From: Chloroflexota bacterium
Lineage (GTDB): Bacteria > Chloroflexota > UBA11872
Reading direction: 5' to 3'
Assembly (NCBI GenBank): GCA_034423235.1
Contig: DAOUIX010000034.1
Location: 10,431 to 74,430 of the forward strand
DNA: 64,000 nucleotides
In this document: positions 55,699 through 64,000 of the stretch, in pieces
Layout of the letters: each line of letters begins with the position of its first letter
Numbering within the stretch: position 1 is the stretch's first letter
Notes under the pieces: generated by a model
The model's database searches: none
Seen by the model: the letters and a program-made list of their open reading frames with translations, nothing else
Told to the model about the DNA's origin: nothing
Program-made: the position numbers and the translations under genes

Positions 55699-57149
55699 CC
55701 GAAGAACCCCTGATTTACGACCTTTCCAGCCCGGGACGGCGTGGTGTCCGACCGCCGCTGCCGCAGTTCGAGCCCGTGGATCCGCAGGGCGCCCTGCCGT
55801 CGTCCCAGCTTCGGTCCGACCTGCCGTTGCCCGAAGCCTCCGAGATTGACGTGATGCGCCACTTCCTGCGCCTCTCGCACAAGAACCACAGCGTCGACAC
55901 GGACATGTATCCGCTGGGTTCCTGCACGATGAAGTACAACCCGAAGGTCAACGAGGTCACCGCCCGCACTCCGGGCCTGGCCGACGTTCATCCGTACCAG
56001 CCGCCCGAGACGGCCCAGGGCGCGCTGGCGTTGATTCACGAGCTCGAGGCTCTGCTGGCTGCAATAACCGGCTTTCCCGCTGTGTCCACGCAGCCGGCCG
56101 CCGGTTCGCAGGGCGAGCTTTGCGGCCTGCTCAGCATCCTGGCCTGGCACGAGTCGCGTGGGGAATCTCGCACGCAGGTCTTGGTGCCCGACTCGGCGCA
56201 TGGCACCAACCCGGCTACCGGAACCATGAGCGGCCTGGAGGTTGTCAGCCTGCCCACGGCCGATGACGGCGGAATTGACCTGGCGAATCTTGAAAAAAAC
56301 CTTGGTCCAGGCGTGGCGGCCATCATGCTCACGCTGCCGAGCACCCTGGGCCTATTCGAACGCCGCATCCTCGAGGTGATCGAACTGGTCCATGCTGCGG
56401 GAGCGCAGGTTTACTGCGACGGCGCCAACATGAACGCCATGTTGGGCCGGGTACGCCCCGCGGATCTCGGCATCGACGTGATGCACTTGAATTTACATAA
56501 GACATTCAGCACGCCGCATGGCGGCGGCGGTCCCGGCGCCGGGGCCCTGGGCGTGCAGGCTCACCTGGAGCCGTTCCTTCCCGGGCCACGCGTGGTTCGC
56601 GACGGTGACACGTTCGGGTTGGCGGAACTGCCGCCGACGAGCATTGGGCGCGTGCACAGCCATCTCGGCAATTTCGGCAATCTGGTCCGCGCCTACACCT
56701 ACATCCGTTCGCTTGGGGCCGAGGGGCTGCGTGAGGCGGCCGACGATGCGGTGCTCAACGCTAACTACCTGCGCGCCTCATTGTCCGACGACTACGACGT
56801 GCCATTCGACCGCATTTGCATGCACGAGGTCGTGCTGGCCGGTACGCGTCAGAAACGCCGGGGCGTGCGCACGCTCGATATTGCCAAGCGCCTCATCGAC
56901 TACGGCATCCATCCGCCCACGATCTACTTCCCGATCATCGTGGACGAAGCCCTCATGATTGAGCCGACGGAGACCGAATCCCGGGAATCGCTGGACAACT
57001 TCATCGAAGTCATGCGGCGCATCGCCCGAGAGGTCGAGTCCAGTCCCGACAAACTCCACGATGCCCCGGTCAATGCTCCAGTCCGACGCCTGGACGAGGT
57101 CACTGCCAATCGGCGGCCCAACGTGCGCCGCCAACGGCCGGCAAGCTGA
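55695..57149 (+). CDS. gcvPB: Glycine dehydrogenase (decarboxylating) subunit 2 (PLP-binding)
   Basis: 484 aa. PLP lysine region NLHKTFSTPHGGGGPG. ATGA overlap with gcvPA. Confidence 0.9.
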   Translation: MTEEPLIYDLSSPGRRGVRPPLPQFEPVDPQGALPSSQLRSDLPLPEASEIDVMRHFLRLSHKNHSVDTDMYPLGSCTMKYNPKVNEVTARTPGLADVHPYQPPETAQGALALIHELEALLAAITGFPAVSTQPAAGSQGELCGLLSILAWHESRGESRTQVLVPDSAHGTNPATGTMSGLEVVSLPTADDGGIDLANLEKNLGPGVAAIMLTLPSTLGLFERRILEVIELVHAAGAQVYCDGANMNAMLGRVRPADLGIDVMHLNLHKTFSTPHGGGGPGAGALGVQAHLEPFLPGPRVVRDGDTFGLAELPPTSIGRVHSHLGNFGNLVRAYTYIRSLGAEGLREAADDAVLNANYLRASLSDDYDVPFDRICMHEVVLAGTRQKRRGVRTLDIAKRLIDYGIHPPTIYFPIIVDEALMIEPTETESRESLDNFIEVMRRIAREVESSPDKLHDAPVNAPVRRLDEVTANRRPNVRRQRPAS

Positions 57150-57322
57150 GCCTGAACGACTCGGCATGGCGTTGACTCGTCTTCTGAGTCACGTGTTCCT
57201 GGCATCGTCGCGGTACGCATGCCGAGCAACCAGCGCGAGTCCGAGGAGTCAACGCGGTAAACCTGGCCTCGGGTAGGCTGCGAACCCGAAGCCACGGAAT
57301 GGTATCCAGCTAGGGGGCAGCC

Positions 57323-58147
57323 ATGAAGTTCGTCCGGTATCGGTCGGATGCAGGTCCGGCCTATGGGTCGCTTGATGGGAGTGGAGCGGTAAACGCTGTC
57401 AGCGGGGACATCTTCGGCGACTTTGACGTGGGTGAACGGGTCGCGGACGCCGACGATCTGAAGATCCTGGCGCCCGTTGATCCTCGAAAGCTGATCGGTG
57501 TTGGCGGGAACTATCTCGCCCACCTGGAAGAGGGCGGCGAGGACGCGTTTGTTCCGCAGTTTCCGATGGTCTTTCAGCTGCCATCAACCTCCGTGATCGG
57601 GCCAGGCGACGCCATCGTGATTCCCGACAAGTCGGGTTTTACGCACGCGGTCAACAACCCGGAGCTGCAGAACGAACCGTTCAGCCCCGTGGACTACGAA
57701 TCCGAGTTGGTTGCCGTCATCGGCAAGCAGTGCCACCGCATCGACCTGGACGAAGCGCTGGACTACGTGCTGGGCTACACCTGCGGCAACGACGTGAGCG
57801 CACGCCCGTTGCAATTGGCGGAGATGGCCACTGGGGTGCTGATGCTGGGCAAGGGCCTGGAGACCTTCAAGCCCCTGGGTCCCGTGATCGCCACCGATCT
57901 GGACCCGGCGAATCTGCGGCTGCGGGGTCGGCACAACGGGGTGGTTACCCAAGATACGAGTACATCCGATTTGCTGTTCAGCGTGGCTTCACTCGTCACA
58001 TACCTGGCGCAGGTGATTCGGCTGGAGCCAGGTGACTGCATTTACACGGGCACGCCATCGGGCGGCGGGTCGCTGGAGCCGGGGGACACGATCGAGGTCG
58101 AAATCGACGGTATCGGCGTACTCAGCAATCCGGTGGTGGCGGGCTAG
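57323..58147 (+). CDS. Fumarylacetoacetate hydrolase (FAH) family protein
   Basis: KLIGVGGNYLAH..., E.ELV.VIG, GTP.G motifs of the FAH fold. Confidence 0.8.
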   Translation: MKFVRYRSDAGPAYGSLDGSGAVNAVSGDIFGDFDVGERVADADDLKILAPVDPRKLIGVGGNYLAHLEEGGEDAFVPQFPMVFQLPSTSVIGPGDAIVIPDKSGFTHAVNNPELQNEPFSPVDYESELVAVIGKQCHRIDLDEALDYVLGYTCGNDVSARPLQLAEMATGVLMLGKGLETFKPLGPVIATDLDPANLRLRGRHNGVVTQDTSTSDLLFSVASLVTYLAQVIRLEPGDCIYTGTPSGGGSLEPGDTIEVEIDGIGVLSNPVVAG

Positions 58148-58159
58148 CGGGCGGTACGC

Positions 58160-59260
58160 CTAGGACCGGCTTCCGTCCACGCGGCGTTCGGCGAGCCAGT
58201 CGTCGCGGTATTCGAGCCCAAAGCCGGGACGGTCGGGCACCTGGACCATGCCGTCGACGATGCGGATCGGATCGACCCAGCACTCATCGTGGGTAGTGCC
58301 ACCGGCCTCCAGGTAGATACTGTTGGTCATGGCGGCGAGCAGTTGCGCATTGTGTTGCCAGCCGCTGTGGGTTGCAATCCGGACGTTGTAGGCGTCGGCA
58401 AGCGTCGCCATTTCCATGATTTCCATCACGCCGCCGGCACGACGGGCGTCGGGCTGGAGGATGTCCACGCCGCGCTTCTCGAGTAAGTCGAGCACCGCGT
58501 GCTTTCCGTAAATGTTCTCCCCGGTGGCAATGGGGACTGAAACGGCGGCGCGCAGTTCGCCGTACTCGGTGTTCATCCACGGGCGCAGGGGTTCCTCGTA
58601 CCAGTAGATGTCGTACGGTTCGTAGGCGTTGCCGCGGCGGATGGCTTCGTCGACGGGATGAATCTGGTTGGCGTCGACCATGACGTGGATCTCGGAGCCG
58701 AGGGCGTTGCGGACGGCTTCGAGACGACGCAGATCGTCGGCGAGATCGGGCGCGCCGACCTTGATCTTGACAGCGCCGTAGCCGGCATCGATGGCGCGCT
58801 GGCACTGGTCGATGAGCTCGTCTTCGGGGAAGTTGAGCCAGCCGACCATGCCGTAGGCGGGAATCTCGCGCCGGTACTGGCCGAGTAGCTGGGCGACCGA
58901 CGTTTCGCGAGCCTTGCCGAGGATGTCCCAGACACAGTAGTCGATGACTGAGATGCCGAAGACGCCAAGGCCGCTCACACCGTAATACTCCGTCTGATCG
59001 AACAGGTGGCGGCGCAGGCGGCGGGGCATGGACGCGTCCTGCCCGACGACGAGTTTGCGCATCTCGACTTCAAAGAGTTGGCGTGTAAGCTCGCCGCCGT
59101 AGCCGGCAATGCTGAGGGTGTAGGTCCCGTAGATCCCGCTCTCGGTATGCAGCCGCACGACGAGGTCGCGGCCTGAGGCGATACGATGGATGGAGTCCTC
59201 GATGACACGCAGCGGTCCTGGCTGCTGGATCACGATGGTCTCGAGTTCGGTGATTCGCAT
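58160..59260 (-). CDS. Enolase-superfamily enzyme (mandelate racemase / sugar-acid dehydratase-like)
   Basis: KIKVG general-base lysine, metal ligands D(VMVDAN)...E(YWYEEP)...D region. 366 aa. Confidence 0.8.
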   Translation of the reverse strand: MRITELETIVIQQPGPLRVIEDSIHRIASGRDLVVRLHTESGIYGTYTLSIAGYGGELTRQLFEVEMRKLVVGQDASMPRRLRRHLFDQTEYYGVSGLGVFGISVIDYCVWDILGKARETSVAQLLGQYRREIPAYGMVGWLNFPEDELIDQCQRAIDAGYGAVKIKVGAPDLADDLRRLEAVRNALGSEIHVMVDANQIHPVDEAIRRGNAYEPYDIYWYEEPLRPWMNTEYGELRAAVSVPIATGENIYGKHAVLDLLEKRGVDILQPDARRAGGVMEIMEMATLADAYNVRIATHSGWQHNAQLLAAMTNSIYLEAGGTTHDECWVDPIRIVDGMVQVPDRPGFGLEYRDDWLAERRVDGSRS

Positions 59261-59296
59261 TTGGCCTCCCAGTCGTCGTGGCGAAGTGGCGCTATC

Positions 59297-60586
59297 TCAG
59301 TCGACGGGCAGGCGCGGCATCCAGTCGGGGCGGGGGAGACGTCCCTCGAAGCTGTAGTAGGGGTCGTCCCGCTCGAGCGGTAACTGGACGGTCGTGCCGG
59401 TGGCGGCGGACTTGTAGATGGCCCGCGTGAGTTCGACGTGCTGCCGCGCAATGGTCTGGGGAAACGGGATGGGGCGGCCTTCGAGGACGCAACTGGCCCA
59501 CAGCCGGCTCTGGTGGAGCTGGCTTGGAGCCTTGGGCAAGTCCTCGAGACCGTTGCCCAATGCTTCCAGCTCGGCCACCACGTCTGGGGTGTTGGTGGAA
59601 CCGAAGGAGAGCGTGTGCTTGAACACGCTCTCGCGCCCGGTGTTCAGGAGCACGGTCGGTTGCCCCCAGCCGAGGTGTTCGTGGGTCACGACCATCGAGG
59701 CGTTCTGGCCGACGAATTCCCAGCGCGTTTGCTCGGTTTTCGGGTGTTGATGGTGCAGCAGGGAGCCCTGAACCATCCCAACCGCACCGTTGGCGTAACG
59801 GACCAGGGCCAGGCTGTAGCTGTCGTGCTCGATTTCGCGCAGGAAGCCGCCGGAGTAGGCGGTGACCTCGACGATTGGCGAGCCGAGGGCGAACAGGAAA
59901 GGTTCGATGACGTAGCGGCCGTGATGGAAGACCGCGCCGCCGCCCTCGGTGTCGAACTTCCCGTGCCAACCACCCATGTAGTACGACTGCTGGTGATACC
60001 AGTTGATCTCGATTTTGGCCACGGCCAGCGGGCCCATCAGGCCGCTGGCGATCGCGCGACGGGCGTGCTGCAGGCCGCGGGTATAGCGGCCGCCGCACTG
60101 TGAAGCGTAGGTCACGCCCGCTTCTTCGACCGCGGCCAGGATCTCGTCCGCCTCCTGCACGCTCTTGGCCATGGGCCCTTCGGTGAAAATGTGCTTCCCG
60201 GCTCGTGCCGCGGCCACGACGGGCACGCCGCGAATGGGGGGTGTCGTCAGAACGGCGACGGCATCGACTTCTGGGTCTTCCAGGAGGGCCTCGTGTCCGT
60301 CGTAGGTGCGGATGTCGTTGTCAGCCGCGGCCTGGGCGTGGATGGCCATCTGCCTGGCAGCGTCCCGAGACTCCTCGTCGCGGGCGTTGATCGCCAGGGC
60401 GCGCTGGCGGGCGGCTTCGGCGGTGTACGCCTCGTGAATGGCCTCGGCCCGATCGTCTGCAAGGTTGGGATAAAGATCGGCCGTAGCCACGACCTGGGCC
60501 AGGTCGGTCATGCCCGCGTAGATGTCGGTGTAGAGCCGGGAGATTCCGCCGCAGCCAATGAATCCGACTTTGAGCTTTCGATCCAT
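59297..60586 (-). CDS. Gfo/Idh/MocA-family NAD(P)-dependent oxidoreductase (430 aa, with an extra helical insertion after the first Rossmann strand pair)
   Basis: ATG 60586 (GGGAG SD 10 nt upstream) inside track ORF 59297..60757. KVGFIGCGGISR dinucleotide motif, EGP...K catalytic motif. Confidence 0.8.
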   Translation of the reverse strand: MDRKLKVGFIGCGGISRLYTDIYAGMTDLAQVVATADLYPNLADDRAEAIHEAYTAEAARQRALAINARDEESRDAARQMAIHAQAAADNDIRTYDGHEALLEDPEVDAVAVLTTPPIRGVPVVAAARAGKHIFTEGPMAKSVQEADEILAAVEEAGVTYASQCGGRYTRGLQHARRAIASGLMGPLAVAKIEINWYHQQSYYMGGWHGKFDTEGGGAVFHHGRYVIEPFLFALGSPIVEVTAYSGGFLREIEHDSYSLALVRYANGAVGMVQGSLLHHQHPKTEQTRWEFVGQNASMVVTHEHLGWGQPTVLLNTGRESVFKHTLSFGSTNTPDVVAELEALGNGLEDLPKAPSQLHQSRLWASCVLEGRPIPFPQTIARQHVELTRAIYKSAATGTTVQLPLERDDPYYSFEGRLPRPDWMPRLPVD

Positions 60587-60736
60587 GCCATTCACTCCCG
60601 CCGATGAGTTGGATGGGATAGTAAACGAAACGACAATCCTGCCGGCCATCGAACGAGGCGCGGGGCGGCGCAAGGGCGTAGCATGCGGGCTACCACGCCC
60701 CGTTCGGCTGAATCGGCGGCGGAAGGAGTTGCAGGC
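60587..60736. promoter_or_regulatory. Divergent intergenic region between the oxidoreductase and the aminotransferase. Presumably carries both promoters and an operator.
   Basis: 150-nt non-coding gap between divergently oriented starts. GGAAGGAG SD at 60721-60728. Confidence 0.3.
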
Positions 60737-62026
60737 ATGTCTTCGCTGGCATTGCACGGTGGGACGCCCATCCGAACCGAGCCGTATAACGCCTGGCCTG
60801 AGTTCGACGAGGCCGAGATCGAGGCCGTGGTCGACGCGCTGCGCACCGGCAGCTGGGCGACCGGCGAGGGCGATCGAAGTCTCGTCAACTTCGAACAGTC
60901 GTTCGCGGCCTATCAGGGCGCCGAGTACTGCCTAGCTGTGAGTAGCGGCACCAGCGCGCTGGAAATCGGGCTGCGGGCGCTTCGCCTTCCGCGCGGCTCC
61001 GAGGTCATCCTCTCGCCCTACACCTACATGGCCAGCCCGACCGCCGTGCTCAACGTGGGCCTGGTGCCGATCTTCGTGGACATGGACCCGGAGACCTACA
61101 ACATTGATCCAAGCCTGATCGAGGCGGCCATCACTGACCGCACCGGCGCGATCATGACGGTGCACTTCGGTGGGCTGCCCTGCGACATGGGAGCGGTTCT
61201 GGACATCGCGCGCCAGCACGACCTGAAGGTGATCGAGGACGCCGCGCACGCGCACGGCTCGACCTGGAATGGTCGTGGCCTCGGCGCGGTGGGCGACGTT
61301 GGCTGCTTCAGCCTGGGCCCCGGCAAGAACCTCACGCCCGGCGTCGGCGGAGCGGTGATGACAAACGACCTCGAGATCTACAAGCACGCCATCGCCTATT
61401 CCGAAATGGACATCGGCGGCAGGGTGATGCGGTTCGGTGAGATGAGTATCGACGAGCAAGCCGCGGAACCCGACGAGTGGTTTCCCTACAGTTCGGGCAA
61501 CCGTCGTCTCGGCGGTGTGCTGGCGGCGCTGGCCAGTGCGCAGCTCGATCGGCTGGAGGGGCAGACCCAGCGGCGGTCCGAAAACGGCCGCTACCTTGCC
61601 GAGCTGCTCGAAGACGTGGACGGGCTGTCGTCGCGCCGCGAGGCCCCCTACGTAACCCGCAACGCCAACCACCTGCACATCGTGCGCTACGACGCCGAGG
61701 TTTTTGACGGATTGCCGCGGGATCGCTTTGTCGAAGCCATGCAGGCCGAGGGACTCGGAATCCGAGCCGGCTACCGACGCCCCATGAACCGCGCCGACCT
61801 CTTCAGCGACCCCAACGGTGAACTATCGCTGGTCTGGCCGCGCGGCGACGGAGCACCCGACGTGGACTACGCCTCGATGTCCTGCCCGCACGCCGAACGA
61901 GCCTGCGAGACCGAGGACCTCTGGATTACCCAGAACATGATGCTCAGCGGACCCCAGGCCATGGAAGAGATCGTCGAAGGCGCCGAAAAGGTCCGCGACA
62001 ATCTGGCGACGCTGGGCGCCTCCTAG
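60737..62026 (+). CDS. DegT/DnrJ/EryC1/StrS-family PLP-dependent sugar aminotransferase/dehydratase
   Basis: ATG 60737 within track ORF 60683..62026. SSGTSALEIGL, DAAHAHGS, SLGPGKNLT (PLP lysine) motifs. Confidence 0.8.
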   Translation: MSSLALHGGTPIRTEPYNAWPEFDEAEIEAVVDALRTGSWATGEGDRSLVNFEQSFAAYQGAEYCLAVSSGTSALEIGLRALRLPRGSEVILSPYTYMASPTAVLNVGLVPIFVDMDPETYNIDPSLIEAAITDRTGAIMTVHFGGLPCDMGAVLDIARQHDLKVIEDAAHAHGSTWNGRGLGAVGDVGCFSLGPGKNLTPGVGGAVMTNDLEIYKHAIAYSEMDIGGRVMRFGEMSIDEQAAEPDEWFPYSSGNRRLGGVLAALASAQLDRLEGQTQRRSENGRYLAELLEDVDGLSSRREAPYVTRNANHLHIVRYDAEVFDGLPRDRFVEAMQAEGLGIRAGYRRPMNRADLFSDPNGELSLVWPRGDGAPDVDYASMSCPHAERACETEDLWITQNMMLSGPQAMEEIVEGAEKVRDNLATLGAS

Positions 62027-62091
62027 AGAGTCAGAGCGCGGATCGACGCAAGTCGGTCAGCCGGGAACTGACTCCGACAAGGTCGTAAGAG

Positions 62092-63081
62092 TTAGCCCTT
62101 GATGCCGGTGAGGGTGATTCCCCGAACGAACTGGCGTTGCGCAAAGAAAAAGACCACGATGATCGGCATAACGGAAATCATGGCAACGGCCATTTGCAAG
62201 GTGTGCTGCTGTTCCATGTATTGCCCGGCGGCAAAGTAGCGCAGTCCAACCGGGAGGGTAATGCGGTCGGGCGAATTCAGAACGATAAGAGGAAGAAAGA
62301 AGTCGTTCCAGTTGCCGATAAAGGAGAGCGCTGCAACGGTCGCAATTGCCGGTTTCGAGAGCGGCAGGATGACTCGAAACAGAATCCCCAGTCGGGAGGC
62401 GCCGTCGGTACGCGCAGCCTCATCGAGCTCAATTGGAATAGTCATAAAAAACTGGCGCAATATGAAAATGTAAAAGGCGCCGCCGCCTAGTCCGGGAACA
62501 ATCAGTGGCCAAAGTGTGTCTAACCAACCAAGATCCCGGAAGATGATAACGACGGGAATGATGGTGACGTGCAGAGGCAACATCATGGTTGAGAGCAAGA
62601 CCATGAAAATGACTCGACTCCCCGGGAAGTCCAGGCGAGCAAACCCATAGGCGACGACACAGCTCACGAAGGTCCCGACTGTCACACCAATGAAGGTCAC
62701 AATGAAAGAGTTAAATAGCCACCAAGGAACCGGATGGTGCTGCCAAACGTATGTGTAGTTTTCCCAGGCCGGAGGGAACGGCCAAAACAAGTCAGGATCA
62801 TAGACTTGGCTGGTCGTCATGAAGGACCAGCGAACCATATAGATGAAAGGAATCGCATACATAACGCTGCCGCCGATCAGCAGCAGGTAGAAAAGGGCCC
62901 TGACGAGCGCGCGCATCACTCGCACGGACGTCGAGCGCACTGTGATGGGCTTGCTCGAGTAGACGACCGGTTGCCCTGGGGTGCCCAGCGGGGCGGTGAG
63001 ACCGCCACCCAAACTGGCGGTAGCGGACGAGCCGGTCGGCTGTGCGCGTGCGGAGACCCTCGGCTGTGCAGGCGTCGGCAC
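62092..63081 (-). CDS. ABC transporter permease, CUT1 sugar-type (MalG-like), with a possible roughly 55-aa low-complexity N-terminal extension
   Basis: EAA loop ELDEAARTDGASRLGILFRVILPLSKPAIAT. 6 TM helices. Alternative start at ATG 62916. Confidence 0.8.
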   Translation of the reverse strand: MPTPAQPRVSARAQPTGSSATASLGGGLTAPLGTPGQPVVYSSKPITVRSTSVRVMRALVRALFYLLLIGGSVMYAIPFIYMVRWSFMTTSQVYDPDLFWPFPPAWENYTYVWQHHPVPWWLFNSFIVTFIGVTVGTFVSCVVAYGFARLDFPGSRVIFMVLLSTMMLPLHVTIIPVVIIFRDLGWLDTLWPLIVPGLGGGAFYIFILRQFFMTIPIELDEAARTDGASRLGILFRVILPLSKPAIATVAALSFIGNWNDFFLPLIVLNSPDRITLPVGLRYFAAGQYMEQQHTLQMAVAMISVMPIIVVFFFAQRQFVRGITLTGIKG

Positions 63082-63162
63082 TAGAGATTCCTTGTGGTTG
63101 GTTGATGCCTCATTGCGAAACAGCGCCGAGCTTCGAGGTGCAGCGCACCGAGAGTTCGAACC

Positions 63163-64000
63163 TCAGCCCTTGATGCCCGTCAGCGCAATCCCGCGGATGA
63201 AGTGCTTTTGCGCGAGGAAGAACAGAATCACGACGGGCGCTACGGCAATCAGGGCAATGGCCATCTGCAGATGCAGCCGCTGCGCTTCATACTGTCCGGC
63301 CTGCAGCCAGCGCATTCCAACAGCGAGCGTCAGCTTTTCGGAAGACTGCAGCACGATCAACGGGAAGAAGAAGTCATTCCAATGGCTGATGAAGGAAAAC
63401 ACGGCGACGGTAGCGATGGCCGGCTTGGAGAGGGGGATGATAACGGTCCAGAACACGCGCATTCGCGACGCGCCGTCGATCGCAGCTGCTTCGTCGAGTT
63501 CCAGGGGCAGAGTCAGGAAGAACTGGCGTAGCAGGAATATATAGAAGGGCGCTCCACCCAACAGCGGAATGATCAGTGGCAGCAGCGTGTCGAGCCAATT
63601 CAGTTCCCGGAACAGAATTACCTGCGGAATGATCGTCACATGCTGCGGCAACATCATGGTGGAAATCACAATCAGAAAGAATATGCGATTCCCCGGAAAC
63701 TTGAGGCGCGCAAATCCAAAGGCAACCAGCGCGCTAATGAATGTCCCGACGGTTACGCCCACAAACGACACAATCGTGCTGTTGGTGATCCACCAAAGCA
63801 CTGGACCAACTTGCCAGACATCCGTGTAGTTGTTCCATGCGGGCGGGTTTGGAACCAGCGGCTGAGGAACCACGTAGAACATGTCAAGGCTCATTAACGA
63901 CGCCCTGATCATCCAGAGGAACGGGATCGCGTACAACACGCTGGCACCGATAAGGACGATGTAGTACACCGCCTTTAGCAGCAACTGCAGGAATTGGGAG
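63163..64000 (-). CDS. ABC transporter permease, CUT1 sugar-type, 5'-truncated by the window end. Paralog of the adjacent permease.
   Basis: ELDEAAAIDGASRMRVFWTVIIPLSKPAIAT EAA loop. Frame stays open to position 64000 upstream of the track's TTG. Confidence 0.75.
   Translation of the reverse strand, partial: SQFLQLLLKAVYYIVLIGASVLYAIPFLWMIRASLMSLDMFYVVPQPLVPNPPAWNNYTDVWQVGPVLWWITNSTIVSFVGVTVGTFISALVAFGFARLKFPGNRIFFLIVISTMMLPQHVTIIPQVILFRELNWLDTLLPLIIPLLGGAPFYIFLLRQFFLTLPLELDEAAAIDGASRMRVFWTVIIPLSKPAIATVAVFSFISHWNDFFFPLIVLQSSEKLTLAVGMRWLQAGQYEAQRLHLQMAIALIAVAPVVILFFLAQKHFIRGIALTGIKG

Noticed and set aside
62027-62091. Imperfect hairpin (gtcggtcag...ctgactccgac) between the convergent aminotransferase and permease as a bidirectional terminator
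   Set aside because: The stem contains a bulge and there is no flanking U/A-run on either strand. Too weak to call as a terminator feature.
63082-63162. tRNA-like T-arm motif GAGTTCGAACCTC in the inter-permease spacer
   Set aside because: Could not fold the surrounding 81 nt into a cloverleaf (no acceptor or anticodon stems). The motif is isolated.

Overview
High-GC (about 68%) bacterial chromosomal segment, almost entirely coding. I found no rRNA, tRNA, CRISPR array or mobile element. It falls into four blocks. (A) 0.7-14.2 kb: miaB on the minus strand, then a plus-strand cell-surface glycan/EPS locus: orphan rfbD, three GT2 and two GT4 glycosyltransferases, a Wzy_C/O-antigen-ligase-like membrane protein, a WbaP-type priming phosphotransferase, and a 926-aa lipoprotein built from two 6-bladed NHL-type beta-propellers. 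All of these are chained by ATGA/GTGA start-stop overlaps. (B) 14.3-17.5 kb: grpE-dnaJ-prmA-hit, with no dnaK or hrcA in the window, ending in a strong intrinsic terminator inside a 426-nt leader. (C) 17.9-47.0 kb: one uninterrupted plus-strand transcription/translation super-cluster, rpoB-rpoC-rpsL-rpsG-fusA-tuf, S10, spc (including secY-adk-map-infA-rpmJ), alpha (rpsM-rpsK-rpsD-rpoA-rplQ), truA-rplM-rpsI. It carries several lineage-type peculiarities: a Thermus-like large beta-prime insertion with no SI3, an acidic beta-prime tail, an S12 insertion next to the PQKRGV loop, an extended S10 and an atypical IF-1. (D) 47-64 kb: scpB-scpA-HD-S2P protease, SAM hydroxide adenosyltransferase, P1/DmpA and M28 peptidases, mazG, gcvH-gcvPA-gcvPB without gcvT, an FAH-family hydrolase, an enolase-superfamily dehydratase, a divergent Gfo/Idh/MocA oxidoreductase + DegT aminotransferase pair, and two tandem paralogous CUT1-type ABC permeases (the second truncated at the window end). 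Many long reverse-strand ORFs in the track are high-GC shadow ORFs and were not called. The most noteworthy systems are the translationally coupled glycan locus with its double-propeller lipoprotein and the candidate keto/amino-sugar module at 58-64 kb. Both are inferences from domain content, not database hits.
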